NCBI GenBank assembly: GCA_030704615.1 | Contig: CM060733.1 | Location: forward strand, 42,966,001-43,030,000 | Origin: Takakia lepidozioides | Lineage: Eukaryota; Plantae; Bryophyta | Length of the DNA: 64,000 bases | Direction: 5' to 3' | Part shown: positions 51,564 through 64,000 of the stretch, one piece after another | Numbering within the stretch: position 1 is the first letter of the stretch | Layout of the letters: each line of letters begins with the position of its first letter | Position numbers and translations under genes: made by a program | Notes under the pieces: model-generated | The model's database searches: none | Told to the model about the DNA's origin: nothing | Seen by the model: the letters and a program-made list of their open reading frames with translations, nothing else

Positions 51564-51884
51564 TTTTATACACGTAAAACACTGGCAAATTTTTTTCTTT
51601 GTAATTCAAGGAGCCTCCCTGGCCGCAAGGTTCCCCCGATTTACGGGAAGTACCTTCCGCGTGTGGAAGGGTCCCCCGATTTGCGGGGCAAGGAGCGGGA
51701 AAGAAAAATTTCCCAGTTTTTCACGTTGGGGAAGGGTCGTTCCCACGGCCCTTCCTGAATTTTCGAGCACCCGGAACTCGGGCTCCGCCCTCATTGCCGG
51801 TGCTCTCAAATTCAGGAAGGGCCTTGGGAACGACCCTTCCCTATACGAAAACGGCCAAGCCCTCGGGTATATGTGTCGGAACAA
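51564..51884 (-). other. GC-rich foldback insertion with a 43-bp-arm hairpin
   Basis: Arms 51728-51770 and 51799-51841 (3 mismatches); flanking 8-bp direct repeat ggccacat; short A-tail on the minus strand. Confidence 0.55.
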
Positions 51885-53072
51885 GGCCACATGAATGTAG
51901 GTATCATGAGGTATGCAACACCCTTCGAGTGTGTGCGAGGCTGCTTGAGCACGCAGTGTCGTTGAAGCTCGTGATGGCCAGGCAAAGCAAGTTGTGGTAC
52001 GTAATACTTTGTTCTGTTGAGTATGTCCTTACCAAATTACAACTACCCCTTGCTCACCTGAGAAGAACCCCCACAACCCTGTACAAGGATCCGTGACATG
52101 CTGGCAGGATTCCATCACACTTGCAGTAGTTGAAGCTGCGAGTACATAATGCCCTGCTACTCTAACTACTCAAATTTATGCGGCACTCATCGCACAACTT
52201 TGTGCCTCATCCAGAGATGGAGGAGAGGAGGGACAGTGCAGTTAAGTAGGGTAAGTCCCTGTTCAGAACTTGCAGAGGGAAGGACATTGGCAAGAGAACA
52301 ATATGAACTTCGAGTGAGGGAGTGAATGTTCTCATTGTTGGGGTTGATACGTTGATAAGTTACCTCAGTTTGAATGGCAGTCACCAGGACTTGAAGCTTC
52401 AAAGCATCTACTGGTTGTAGGGGTTATAGAGAGGTTGGTTGTGTCAGTCGCCATGGTTTTGTATGTGCTTTTGCTTGTTTGTGAGGGCCTCACCGGCCAG
52501 TCATCTTCCGGGAGTAAAGGGACTCGGTGTCCTGCAAGCTGATCCTGTCACAACGAAAGGTGGCTTCAGATTCATGCAAGCGTGCCATCTGACAGGTACT
52601 TACTTTTGGATCAGCTTGTCAGGTCGCACGCTTGCATAAATCTGTGGCCAATCTTTTGATCTGCAGGGCCCCAAGCTTCTTGCTGATATTGCAGTCCCAA
52701 GTCCCAACCAACCTGGGTGGGCACTGGGTACCTACCAACAGTCCTGGGAAAGACAGATAGAGTGAATATTAGATGCACATAGAATCATACTCGGTGCCCA
52801 CAGGGTAACTGCCACTTGCTCTCTGATCTTGTGCTGCATGTCCATTTCCATTGTAGGCTGTTGATTGCAATTGACAAAAGTACCCTGCCCAACAGTCTTA
52901 GTTTATACAAGAAACTCCACATTTTACATCATGAGGTAATCCACCTGTGAAAGGGAGGCCCATTCATCACAGCATCAGCCAACAACTCTGGTAACACCAA
53001 GCTGTTCTCACATGCCGCCCATATTGCCGTGGTGATATCTGTCCTAGTTTGAGATTTGTGTCCTAGACTTCG

Positions 53073-56000
53073 TTAAAAGTAAGTAGATTGACAGTGCAGA
53101 AGCTTTAAGTGGGCCAAGGTCGTAGCAGCCAAAGGTCTTGTTGCACTTGTTCCCTTTTGGGTTAAATCTATGAGTGGCATCTGCGCTACGAGTCCAAATT
53201 CATTTTTGTACTTCTCGAGACGGAATATCTTTTCTAACATCCACACGGCTTTCTCCTTTGCCCCTACACTGCCAACAGTCAGTAATCTAACAATCTGCTT
53301 AACACCTTGTGCTTCTGCAATAACATGTACACCATTCTCCCAGGTTTTATCATCATAGAGCAAAGTGCTAAGGGCACCTAGTGAAGCTTCGTGCGCAGTG
53401 CCGTCCTTCTCTTCCAAGATCTGCACAAGTGGGCTGATCGCCTCCGCTTCAACTAAACAGAAGGAGGTTCGCACTGAGCAATGGCCTCCATGCACACTAC
53501 AGCCTAAGTTGGGGGGGGACATAAAGCAAAGGCAGCCTCTAGACTTGGGAACTGGGGTGCTCAGCCTGCCACTGCTCTCTGAAAGCTGCCCTAGTGCAGT
53601 TGCAGCACGGAGCTTGGACAGAGGTGTACCAGTTTGCAGCAGTTGGACCAGCAGTGGTATGGCGTCCAACTCCACTGTTAGTTGCTGCAACTGCATGTTA
53701 CTAGGTGTAGTGAAACGCAATAGTGCACCTGTGGCACTTTCCAGCAGTGAATTGCGCACAGCCCGTGTTGCAGTCTTAGCACCTTTGACGGCCAGCAAAT
53801 TCACAATGGCTGGTAATGCTTCTGCCTGCAGCAGCAATTCCGTGACATGCACATTCGAGGATGGCATGTTTCCAAGGATACCAACTGCCGCAACTTTCTC
53901 ATCTTCCCGACTTGAGTCCACCACCAATTTCACCAGAGCCTTTATGTATGTCATCCCAAAGTGATCTGCCAGCTCCTTTCCAGCACCATCACCAGATAAG
54001 CAGTACAGCAGTTTCACTGCATAGATCCGTACTTCAACATCATCCACTTCACAGAAAGGGAGTAGCAATTGAATAGCACCCCCTTCCCTCATTTTGGCTC
54101 TCACTTCTGTGGCACTTTGCAACGACGACATGCCAAGAAGAGCACGGAGAAGGTGCCCCTGAATAACAGGCCCAGCCAGATTCAAAAGAGACAGCAGCTG
54201 GTAAATCGTTTCTTCTGATTCCAAAATGTTTCCGTTGCGGTCAATCTTGGTCTCTGCACTGCTGCCCGCCATCGCAAGATTTGCCAGTGTGGCAGCAGCA
54301 TTCTCCTTCAAGCTCATCACCACTGATGTGACAGAGAAGAGAAGCTGCAGCAGCGGTGGAATAACTCCAGCATTGATCATGTGCTCGCGATTGTCAGGCT
54401 CCGTTGACAAACTCTGCAGGGCACCAAGCGCTGCTGACCTTGCCTCAAGCTTACCTACTGATATCATCTTCACTAGCGGTGGAATAGCACCTTGCTGCAC
54501 AAGAGCTACCTTGCTCTGCTCTGTAAGCCCCATTCGCCATAGGGCACTTGCCATCAGGATCTTGGTCATATCAGATCCTGCATCCATGCACATCCACACC
54601 AGACACAAACACAATTATGTATGCAGGGAGAGGGCGAGGAGGCTCCTCCGTCACCATGCAGCATCATAACCCTGCGGCCACACTCACAAATCTACTGAGA
54701 TAAGGCAACTGTGGCAAACCAAACAACTGGCTCCAGTTGTGTGGGTATATCCCAGGCAATAGTGCCAGCATCCCAAGTTATACAGCAAAGGTGAATGAGT
54801 ACATCCTTGTCTCTCTCACTGTGCATGCTCAAGCTATGGTCTATCCCCTTCCACTCTATATGCAGAGTTGCTTATGCATGTCATAAGTAATGTAACGAGC
54901 AGTAGCTTGCATGTCTAATTGCTGGGCACACATAGCAGATTGATGCTCATGTGAAGGGCTTTCTAGAGGAAATCCGGAAAGCCTGACTGATTGTTATACC
55001 AAGGTAAATCCCACTACTGGATTGAGCCCCTCACAAAGGTAGTGTCTGTTCCCTCTTGTTCCGCCCAAACTGGGCATGGAGTCTATGGCCACAATGCTAC
55101 CGCAAACACCGTCTTACACGATTACAGTCTCGACCTACCTCATTGGATTACAGTGCAAGTGCTGGCAGATTCATGCTCTACCATAAATGCGATGTCTAAC
55201 TTGCCTGCTTGCCATATTCTGGTCTACATCAAGCAATGTCCTCTCTATACCACTTCCAAAACCACTTAGCCAGCCCTGCAACCAGCTTCTTCACATTTTT
55301 CCAACGGAGGTTGCGACATGACAACCAGCTCTCAAATAATAGAAAGACTCAAATGAGTATTGTGGGAGCCCCCCCTCTCAACATCACACATCTGTTATTC
55401 AAGTGCAATAACAGAAGAGCAAGGCTAAATGTGGACAACCTTCACTGAGGCGCAATATCAAAGGCCCGAAATGGTTAGCTTCCGCCATTTGGACCACATT
55501 CTGCTCATTGTTAGACAGTTGTTTCAGCAGCTCTCGAGCATCTTCCACAGCATGCACGTTCTCGCTGTTCAGCATGGTGACCAGCAGCAGAATGCACCCC
55601 TGCACCTTACCGATCTTCTCGCACACTTTGGGATCCTTGGATAGTTCCAGTAACAGTGCCACTGCCTGACGGCCCTCTCCAACGTCTCGTGCCAGCGAGC
55701 GTACTGCCGGATTTATTGCCCCTGCCTCTGCTATCGCTTCCTGTTTACCAATTCCACCATGCTTCTGCCTCTTAGAGCTCTCCTTTCCACAATGCAGTCA
55801 TAGCATTGATATCGTTGCAAAGGCAAAAAATACAAAACAAAAATCAGGAGGCACCACTTACCTTATTCTCGGAGGTGTTCACAGCCAGACTGCAGAGTGT
55901 TGCAAGGGTCTTTTTCCGGATGTTCCGTTGGCTGGAACTGAGCAGGCTCACAAGAACAGGAATTAGACCTTCAGCTGCTATCCAGTAGCGGTGTAGCCGT

Positions 56001-57100
56001 TTTTCTTCACTCATAGTGTACAGGTTCAGCAGTGCACTTGCAATATCCTCCTCCCTACCAGACCGAAGTTGTGGTCCAGTAGCAGATATGCTGATAGCAG
56101 TGTTCCTCTCCTTCCACTCTTGAATTGACTGTCTCAAGGCAAGGTTGAGTTTTGTCTCCAAAGTTTCCAGCTCCACCTTGGTGGTGGGACATGTGCGATG
56201 TCCACTAGCGAACCACTTTTCGATGGCAGTCCGCTCAAAAGTTTGTCCTGATGCCACTTCCACTGGTTCTTCCATGACTTCGTGGGTGATGGGACAAAAA
56301 AATGATTGCAATGCAGGCAGCGGATGACCTCCGCCCCCTCCCGAATTCTTCTTGGTCTGATATACGAGGTCCTTCTCACTCATCGACGTGGCGGCATCAG
56401 CTCGGCTCAGCAAGCTACTAATCTGCTGCAACTGCATTGCCTCAGCCTGATTTTTCCGCAGCTCGGCCTCCTCTTTCTCCTTCTTAAATTCCAGCAGTTC
56501 TTGCTTTAGCGATGCTGGATCAATTGACACCCCCACCGCCTTTGCAATTTGCAACAGCAAGCCATTGACCCAGTCACTGTCTGTCTGCCGGTCCCGGATA
56601 CCTGTCTCAATCTTCTCCACGATGGCCTCCTCCGCAACTGCTGCCTTGAACTGAGCTTTTTGCATGTCCTTGTACAGCATCGCCGTCTTATCACGGGTAT
56701 CCACTGACACATCCAGATTCGCCATGGGGATTAGGCTCAGACATCTCCCTATCTCCTGAGTAATATCTTGAATCTGCTTCACAATCGAGCGACAATTTAC
56801 TAGCAAGTAGATCCTATTCTTGGAGCTGCAGGTATTAATGAGATCCTTGGCTTTCTTCATCTCCCGCTCCAAGGACTCCAACGCCACTCTCATCGAACGC
56901 GTGTCACGTACATTCCTATCAGCCAACTCTACCAAGATCGGCCGGATCTTCTCTAGATAGCGACACAATTCTGTGAAGCTCTCCTTCTCTATCAGCACAT
57001 CCTTGGCCGCCAGCACTGTCGTTGCCACTTGCACCAGCAGCCTGGACAGCACCTCTGACACCGGCGCCACAACGGCATTGCCAATGCCACCGCGCAGCAT
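53073..57100 (-). CDS. U-box/ARM-repeat E3 ubiquitin ligase, PUB43/PUB44(SAUL1)-like, 1014 aa; exons 55862-57100, 55440-55740, 53073-54577
   Basis: UND region, U-box FFCPITHEVMEEPV...GQTFERTAIEKWF...CP, ARM repeats, CSVHGGHCS...FCLVEA motif; phase-consistent GT-AG introns. Confidence 0.93.
54921..55126 (+). mobile_element. Older 3' fragment of LINE family A in PUB intron 2
   Basis: Diverged copy of 46900-47110 (QTGHGVYGHNATANTVL). Confidence 0.8.
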
Positions 57101-57750
57101 CTTGACCTCTAATCAACTCCGCATACTCTTCTCGGCACCTCCACCTCGCCCCCGCCAGCAACACACGCGTGCCATCACCTGCTGCTTCCAAACGAAGCAG
57201 CCATCCGCACTCATCAACTCCTATCCTTTCCACGCCATCTCCCTCCTCTCCCACATCTCCGCAGGTCGAACACAACAGCAAGTCGAGCAGCCGCTCATCC
57301 TCCGCCTCCTCGGCCTCTCCTTGCTCACCATCGCGCTCTCTCTCTCTCTCTCGCTCAGCTCACAGTCCTTGCTCACATGTGTTGACCCAAGGCCCTCACC
57401 TGCCGCGGTCGCCCCGCAACAGCGCTGTGACCGCGCGGTTTCCGTACATGAGATCATGGATGTGTCATGTATCCATGGTGGGAATCCTCCATACATGCCA
57501 TGGATGCATGCCACGTTACATACATGGGATGTCGTGAATGCATGAGGTGGCTTGCAATGTCATCTGAAAGGAAAGCCATGTTGGGGATACCAAGGGGACA
57601 ACTTGGTTAAGAGGCCACAAAAAACCGACCAAATGAATCACTATGGTTTTTGGATGTCCATCTGTAGATATGGATGAAATATTCCATCTGCACTTGTCTT
57701 GTACTAATTTGCTCCGTGAAAAATTTGGTCCCAATATATATACATATATA

Positions 57751-58288
57751 TGACGCCAGCCGAAGCTAGCGTGAATAAGAGCCTCTTCCCCTGAGGGTAA
57801 TGCCCCTTTCGGGGGTGGGCTCTATGGTACAAGAGCAATTACTAAGCGGCAAGCTGGCCACTTTCAATCTTTCTTTTGTTGAGGATAATGGCTATTAGTG
57901 AAGTGATGGCCGTGAGGTGTAATGTTCGTAATAGGGGGGTGGTATACTTATGAGGTAGTTTAAGGTTTTCTCGTAGGATTAGACAGTTGTGACGGTGAGC
58001 TCCCCCTCTCACACCAGCGATGATAATTGTCAGAGGGGTAGTGTTCCATCCACATTGACGGAGGGCTAGAACTAGGGGTTTGTATTTTTCATGTTTGAAC
58101 ATAATGGTTTGGTCGGGATCTCTATCATGACAAAAGGCAAATTCAATGATGTGAATAGTGAGGGAGGGGGGTGGACCTGTTGGTGCTGCCGACGAGATGG
58201 GGAGTCCTTGGATAAGAAGAATATCTGGACATAATCTTGCCAAACAGAGGCATGGGTGATTAGCGCATGTACAGGGTAAACCATGAAG
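57751..58288 (-). mobile_element. RLE-type LINE 3' end, copy 2
   Basis: Open frame LCPDILLIQG...IIEFAFCHDR...KHEKY...GW...AGVRG; 3' UTR homologous to 34351-34425 with a TA-rich tail. Confidence 0.85.
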
Positions 58289-58635
58289 CACTACAACAGA
58301 TGAGCGTTTTTATGACTTCACATATGACTATTTTTTCAGTCCTATATGCGTTCATGAGTACATCACTCTGCAGTGGAAAAAACCATGTCATAGCGACTAG
58401 TCTTTAGGACTGCGTTTTGCAAATCATAGCCGTGACTGCGTGCGTGGCACCTGGAATCATGCTGCATATAACTCCATTGGAGAGGCGTCAGATGGACACA
58501 TGTAGCACTCCGGATGTGACACGTGTCCACATGGACAACATATATGACCTACACGTGGGAAAGAATATCGTATCATATAATGCCACGATGCCATGATGTA
58601 GTCATGAGTATATAACTTCATGACTAAAGAGGTTT
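58289..58635 (+). mobile_element. CACTA (En/Spm) terminus fragment
   Basis: Starts CACTACAA, followed by many atgact/gtcat subterminal repeats; the other end was not found. Confidence 0.55.
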
Positions 58636-58749
58636 TTTAATAATATTTTAATTTAATAAATTAAATCATACAATTATAATATTTAGATTATTAATTGATT
58701 TAAATTTTCATTAGGTTTCTAGGAAAATAGAATGGAAGCCATTTGTTGT

Positions 58750-59130
58750 TTTTTTTTTTTTTTTTTTTTTAAAATAAAATTGTTAACAAAGAGGGACAGT
58801 GGGAGACAGTGGCCTCCAGAACTTTATAGGTAATGGACATAAAATGTCCTTGGATACAAAGAGGAAAAAATAACCTCTGGATAGAGTGCCATAGAGGCTG
58901 AAAGAGGAAGACACAACTTCGCGTACCAAGACAAGAAAGAGTAGTAAGAAGGAAGGCAAGCAAAGAATGGGGTCTACATAGAGCTAAAGAGTCTAGTAGA
59001 AAAAGAGACTGCAGCCAGAAACTACTGCCATAACTTGGAAACAGAAAGGCACCGAGCTGAGGAGAAGAACTGAAAATCAGCTAACCCCGTCATAAGAAAG
59101 CTGGGCCATAGCCTTCCACTTCCTAAAAGA
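58750..59130 (-). mobile_element. L1-like 3' UTR fragment with poly(A)
   Basis: T-run at 58748-58770; shares gacagtggcc and ggaaaaaataacct with the 61.6 and 62.0 kb copies. Confidence 0.6.
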
Positions 59131-59169
59131 TCTACAGATGGAGAGACATCCCTGCAAAGGTCGTGCTCT

Positions 59170-61240
59170 TCAGCTCAAAACCAACCAATTGATCATCTAC
59201 CCATGCAGGTTTCTTGTAGCTATCCTTCCACAGGGAATCATAGGTAATGATCTGGAGATTGAAATCCGGCCCTCTTGGATGAATCTGTACCCACACTCTA
59301 TCCCTGCTCCTTCAGCTATCCATGTCTCTACACAAATCATGTATACATCATTGCCTTGCTCGTAGCAGCTGACAATGACAGCCTGGAATTGTTTCAGCAA
59401 ACACCCCAACCCTATTTACCATACTCGCTAACTTGCGTCTACTTCCAACAAGCATTCACCTTTTTGCCTCGATTGTTCCACCATTGACTGGGGTCGGAAA
59501 CGTATTCATTCCAGATCTTCTCCTCGTCTCTGTTATCTATTTTTTCAATACTTTCCTATCGACCACATTGGCAATAACATGTCAAAATCACTCCAAAACC
59601 ACCAGAGATCCACCAACGCGGAGCTAACTTGCAGAATTCAACATGAAAATATAGGGACGACTCTGATAGCAGGGGAAAACATGGTGGAATATGTTGAAGA
59701 AGGTACCTTCATTAGTAGTGTCTTGTTCTATCAATTATGCTGCTGCCGCTGCTGTTTCTAGTAGACCATCTACCCACTTGTAGCCGTTGTGCTATTGAAG
59801 AAGGTGCCTTCGTTACCAGTGCCTGATTTATCAATTGTGCCGTTGCTGCGGCAAATTTCAGTTGACCATCTACCCATGCAGGTTTTTTGTAGCTATCCTT
59901 CGACACAGGGGATCGCAGGTAATCTGGAGCTTGAAATTTGGCCCTCTTACATGAATCTGGACCCACACTCTATCCCTGCTCCTTCACCTATCCATGCCTC
60001 TGCACAAATCATGCATAAATCCTTGCCTTGCTGCTAGCAGCTGACAATGACAGCCTATATTTGTTCTAGGAAACAACCAACTCAACTTATCACACTAGTT
60101 CCTATGCTCAATTGCATCTGCTACTCTATGTAATCCAACAGGCATTCACCTTTTTGCCTCGATTGCCCCACCATTGACTGGGGTCAGAAAAGTATTCAAT
60201 CCATAGCTTATCCTCGTCTCTGTTACCTGTTTCTGGATACTTCCTATTGTTACATTAGCAGTATCATGTCAAAGTCACTCCAAACTATCAAAGGAACTCT
60301 AACCTGCAGAACTCAACATGAAAATTTAGGGCCAATTCTGATAAGAGGGAAAAACAAGGGTGAAATGTGTTGAAGAAGGTGCTTTCATTAGCAGTGCCTG
60401 ATTTTATCAATTGTGCCCTGCTGCTGCGGTTTCCAGTTGACCATCTACCCATGCAGGTTTCTTGTAGCTATTGATCCACATGGAATCATAGGTAATCTGG
60501 AGCTTGAAATCCGGCTCTCTTGGATGAATCTGGACCCACACTCTATCCCTGCTCCTTCAGCTATCATTGCCTCTGCACAAATCATGCATACATCATTGCC
60601 TTGCTGCTAGCAGCTGACAATGACAGCCTATAAGTATTCCAGCAAACACCCCAACCCTACTTATCATACTAGTTCTTATGCTGACTTGCATCTGCTTCCA
60701 ACAGGAATTCACCTTTTTGCCTGGATTGTTCCACCATTGACTGGGTTCGGAAACATATTCATTCCAAAGCTTCTCCTCGTCTCTGTTAACTGTTTTTTGA
60801 TACTTTCCTATCTCCAAAACCTCCATCCCGCGCCTTTGCTGTGCACATCCTGCAAGCATCGCGTTCCACGACACCACATCTCGTTCAGCCATAGTGTTGA
60901 AGGCTCCCTCTGCATCCTCAATGCCTCCACATTTGGCATACATGTCCACGAGGTATTGTTCTGAATCACATATGGTACAATTCCAGCTTTGGTGATGCAA
61001 CCATGCACCTCTTTGCCCTTTTCCAAGGCTGCCAGGCTTGCACACGCATTGCAAACACACACTAAAATGACGTGGTCGAGCTTCACCCCTTTCCCCATCA
61101 TTTGCTCATAGGTATCCAAAGCCTCCATCCCGCACCCCTGCTGTGCATACCCTGCAAGCATCGTACTCCACGACACCACATCTCGTTTAGCCATAGTGTT
61201 GAACACTCCCTTGACATTGGCATATATGTCCATGTTCATA
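59170..61240 (-). pseudogene. PLS-class PPR fragment fused to three tandem copies of an OSB/PDF-like segment
   Basis: RDVVSW..MLAGYAQ, ACASLAALEKGKEVH and LVDMYAKCG at 60820-61240; repeat anchors at 59194, 59867 and 60442, each unit with LWNEY.S.PSQWW.N.GKKVN; frameshifts and stops. Confidence 0.75.
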
Positions 61241-61599
61241 ATGACATTTGGTTATAAAATTCCAGGGAGCCTTCATACACAGGCTGATCATATATATGTA
61301 TATATTTGTATATAATCAGGTAGCTAACTTGAAAGTGTGATATACAGTGCATATTAGCTGACCTTTGGAACTTGAAGAATTGGAGACATAAGCGTAGTCT
61401 TAGGAAGGGTAAATCTAAGGCTCATTTATCCTTTGATGCTCCAAAAAAGAAAAAGAGGAAGTATGCAGTGCTAGAGATAATGCTTTGTACTCAATTCTTC
61501 TCAGTATGTAATGTTGCTCTGTTTTTGTCCTCAATCTCCTTTCACTTCCCTCCATTCCTATCTGCTTGCTCTTATTGGAACTGATGGCTACGAGTGGTA

Positions 61600-61700
61600 C
61601 CTCATTCCTCTACCTTCATGGCTCTTGTAAGGTTATTTTTTCCTTACCTTAATAAAATTTTCAGGGCCACTGTCCCCTGTTCTGCAAATAAATAAATAAA
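61600..61700 (+). mobile_element. Short L1-like 3' end
   Basis: aggttattttttcctt...aataaa...agggccactgtcccc followed by (aaat)n. Confidence 0.55.
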
Positions 61701-61708
61701 TACGTTGG

Positions 61709-61952
61709 TTTTTCTTTTTCTTTTTGAAGAAAGGAAACCTGAGAGCAATTGCTCACAATTCAGGCCCTTGAGAAGGGTGAGAATTAACCCCATTTCAGGT
61801 AAGCCATTGGGCACACAGGAGGGAAATATCAACCCCCGACCGACCGGTCACCAAACATATCATACCCACAGGACTAGTAGGATTTGAACCCTAAACCACC
61901 AGGGTGTCACACGGTGCACTTATCCAAATTGAGCTACCGGCCGCGGGTGGTT
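61709..61952 (-). mobile_element. SINE family 2, copy 2
   Basis: A-box TAGCTCAATTTGG, B-box GGTTCAAATCC, A-rich tail; homologous to 13861-14103. Confidence 0.8.
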
Positions 61953-61974
61953 ATTTCTATGTTACACCGCTTCT

Positions 61975-62900
61975 TTTTTCTTTTCTTTAAAAAAAAATAA
62001 AAATAAAGGAAGAGGGGACGGTGGCCCTCAAAGCTTTATTGAATGGAGAATAATAAAGTATCGCAGGGGTAGCAAGGAAAAAATAACCTTGCAGGAAGCC
62101 ATGCAGACCAACAATGCATGGGACACTGCCTCGTAACCGGAGTCCAGGGGTAGAGCCTAACAGAAGCTAGAGAGTACTAGAAGCTACCACGTTTCCTTCT
62201 AGAATGACCAAAAGAAAGATGAATTTTAGATATAGTATTCCTGAGGCTGCGCTTGTGACGCCAATTGACCTGGGGCTTTTCTCCTTCAACTGGGGACACC
62301 ATTGCACTATGAGAGCTCCCAGCACGTGGGGAGGGCGTTGTGCCATGTAACCCGAAGTTCAGAGATTATGGTGCAAAAGAACACCTTCTCCCCATGATCC
62401 ATCGAAGGTAGCGATAAGTTGTTGTCTCCATCTTTCAGAATTTCTGTGAAAAGCTGCAACTAGAACACGCCATGCTTTCCGAGCTTCAGACAACATGTCT
62501 AAGTGAGCTATAGCTCTAAGACAAGGGGAAGAACCATCAAAATGCACGGAACACCTAGCTTTCCGGACATTCCAAAGAATGCGAGCATGCGAAGCGGCCC
62601 ATACAGGGCAGCTGCTCCAAAGAGCGCCGTCATAAAAACGCTTCCCAATCTTGAAAATATCATAATTGATGGATAAGACAGCCTGCGTGTACAAAGTACA
62701 AAAGAATTGTTATTTTACAAAGAAAAATGGGACGGTATATATAGTAATAAGCAAGTCAGTGTATAGATACGTCACTGTTAATAGGACCGTATTGGATAGG
62801 GGAGTAGTCCGACAGCGTTACTCTGGGGGGGACTTCCAGCTGCGTAAATGCACAGCTTCTTTTCCCTGCTGGATGGCTCAGATCACTTGAAGATATGGGT
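61975..62900 (-). mobile_element. L1-like LINE 3' fragment
   Basis: W..SHARILWNVRKARCSVHFDG resembles the L1 ORF2 C-terminal IW..RN..F motif; 3' UTR matches the 58.8 and 61.6 kb copies. Confidence 0.65.
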
Positions 62901-63575
62901 GGATGGCTCAGATCCCTAGTATTAAAATAAAAGAAATGAATTTAGAAAAGAAAAGATGACAGGGCGGAAGATCCCACGGATCCCTGCCACGGATCCTGGA
63001 GATATATGACGTGATATTCCATCGGCTAACGTCCAGCGATTCTTTTATTGGCCAGATTGCGACCTCAAAAAATAAAATCGAATATTTTGTCGCAAATTGC
63101 CTGTTTTTTCATGGATGAAATCGCCAGACTTCTCCAAATAAAAAATAAATCTCTCAATTTAAAAAAAATAAAAAAATTGTGGATGAATTCGGCAAATATG
63201 GATGATATAAATGGATTAAAGTACAGAGGTGGATGAATTTCAGCGGATGAACAGAATTTATGGCTATTTTTTGTAAGACTCCGTAGCCACTTGTGCTGTT
63301 TTCCAATTCCTTAAGAGAAACCCTGATAACGTCCCTGCAAATAAGAGAAAAAAACCCATAGATTTTTACGTACAGGTATAAATGAGCTTTGGTTCTGATC
63401 AGCAAGGGAGCGACATTGAAATTTGAACCTTTGTTTAATTTAAATTGATTAAAAGGGCCTCTGTCCCTTTCATTAAAAAAATAAAAATAAAAATCTCATG
63501 CCCCATCGAGATCCACATTATTATCAGAATATCTATTACACCATAAATTACAAGGGGGGGGGGGCGGGGGTGGGG

Positions 63576-63628
63576 TGGGGGTCAAGAGACACCATAAATT
63601 CCGCTTCCTTTTGGAGGCGTCATATATT
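63576..63628 (+). mobile_element. 5'-truncated SINE family 1 3' end
   Basis: gggtcaagagacaccataaattccgcttccttttggaggcgtcatata. Confidence 0.7.
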
Positions 63629-64000
63629 AGATTATGATACATAAAAGCTCATTCAAATACATTGTAATGAGTCGAACAAACTCGATTCTTTAACTTTGTA
63701 TTGCCATCCAATGCAGCTTGCTCTCTCTCTCTCTCTCTTCATGCGCATTCTCTCTAGTCACAATTTTGTAATGAAGCCAAAAATGTGGTTGTCCAAAATC
63801 TTTTGTACAGTAAGTAGCCAAACATACCTTTTCAAGTATGCAATCGAACCTTTTTTTTATTAAAAAAATATATCTATTTTAGTTTCTGTAGATCACCGTG
63901 TCGCCAGGCAAAAGACTAGTATCCCAACCTAAACTTGATTCTATTAACTTATTCACTTGTACCATACTAGGGGCAAACAAATAACCATTTGAAAAGTGCA

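Noticed and set aside
51600-51850. Hammerhead ribozyme in the foldback insert or the SINE/LINE junction
   Set aside because: No correctly arranged CUGANGA...GAAA core was found by eye on either strand.
53365-54669. Plus-strand ORFs of 199 and 147 aa (also 56973-57545)
   Set aside because: Antisense shadows of the PUB coding region and its 5' UTR.

Overview
A 64-kb, transposon-rich window of a non-seed land-plant nuclear genome, probably a bryophyte (moss-type PIN loop, PLS-class PPR remnants, spliceosomal introns). It holds three apparently intact host genes: a six-exon mitochondrial TatB-like gene (6392-9188, minus), an LRR-VIII-1-like receptor kinase (37747-50940, plus) and a PUB43/44-like U-box/ARM E3 ligase (53073-57100, minus). 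The centrepiece is a decayed 17.8-kb Ty3/Gypsy-type element (14538-32366) with the order gag-PR-DNMT3-like C5 methyltransferase-RT-RNaseH-integrase-PHD. Its ends are not ordinary LTRs but split direct repeats (A1...PPT-B1-A2-B2). It sits inside a small DNA transposon and is itself interrupted by a MITE and by a self-priming Tf1/Tcn1-type chromovirus that carries an extra 3' ORF. Also present are RTE-X-like LINEs (nested, one site with a triple TSD, and a 37-bp micro-insertion), RLE-type LINE ends sharing a covarying structured 3' RNA with a tRNA-derived SINE, an orphan PIN fragment, a GC-rich foldback element and a tandem PPR/OSB-like pseudogene. All calls were made by eye; no database searches were run.
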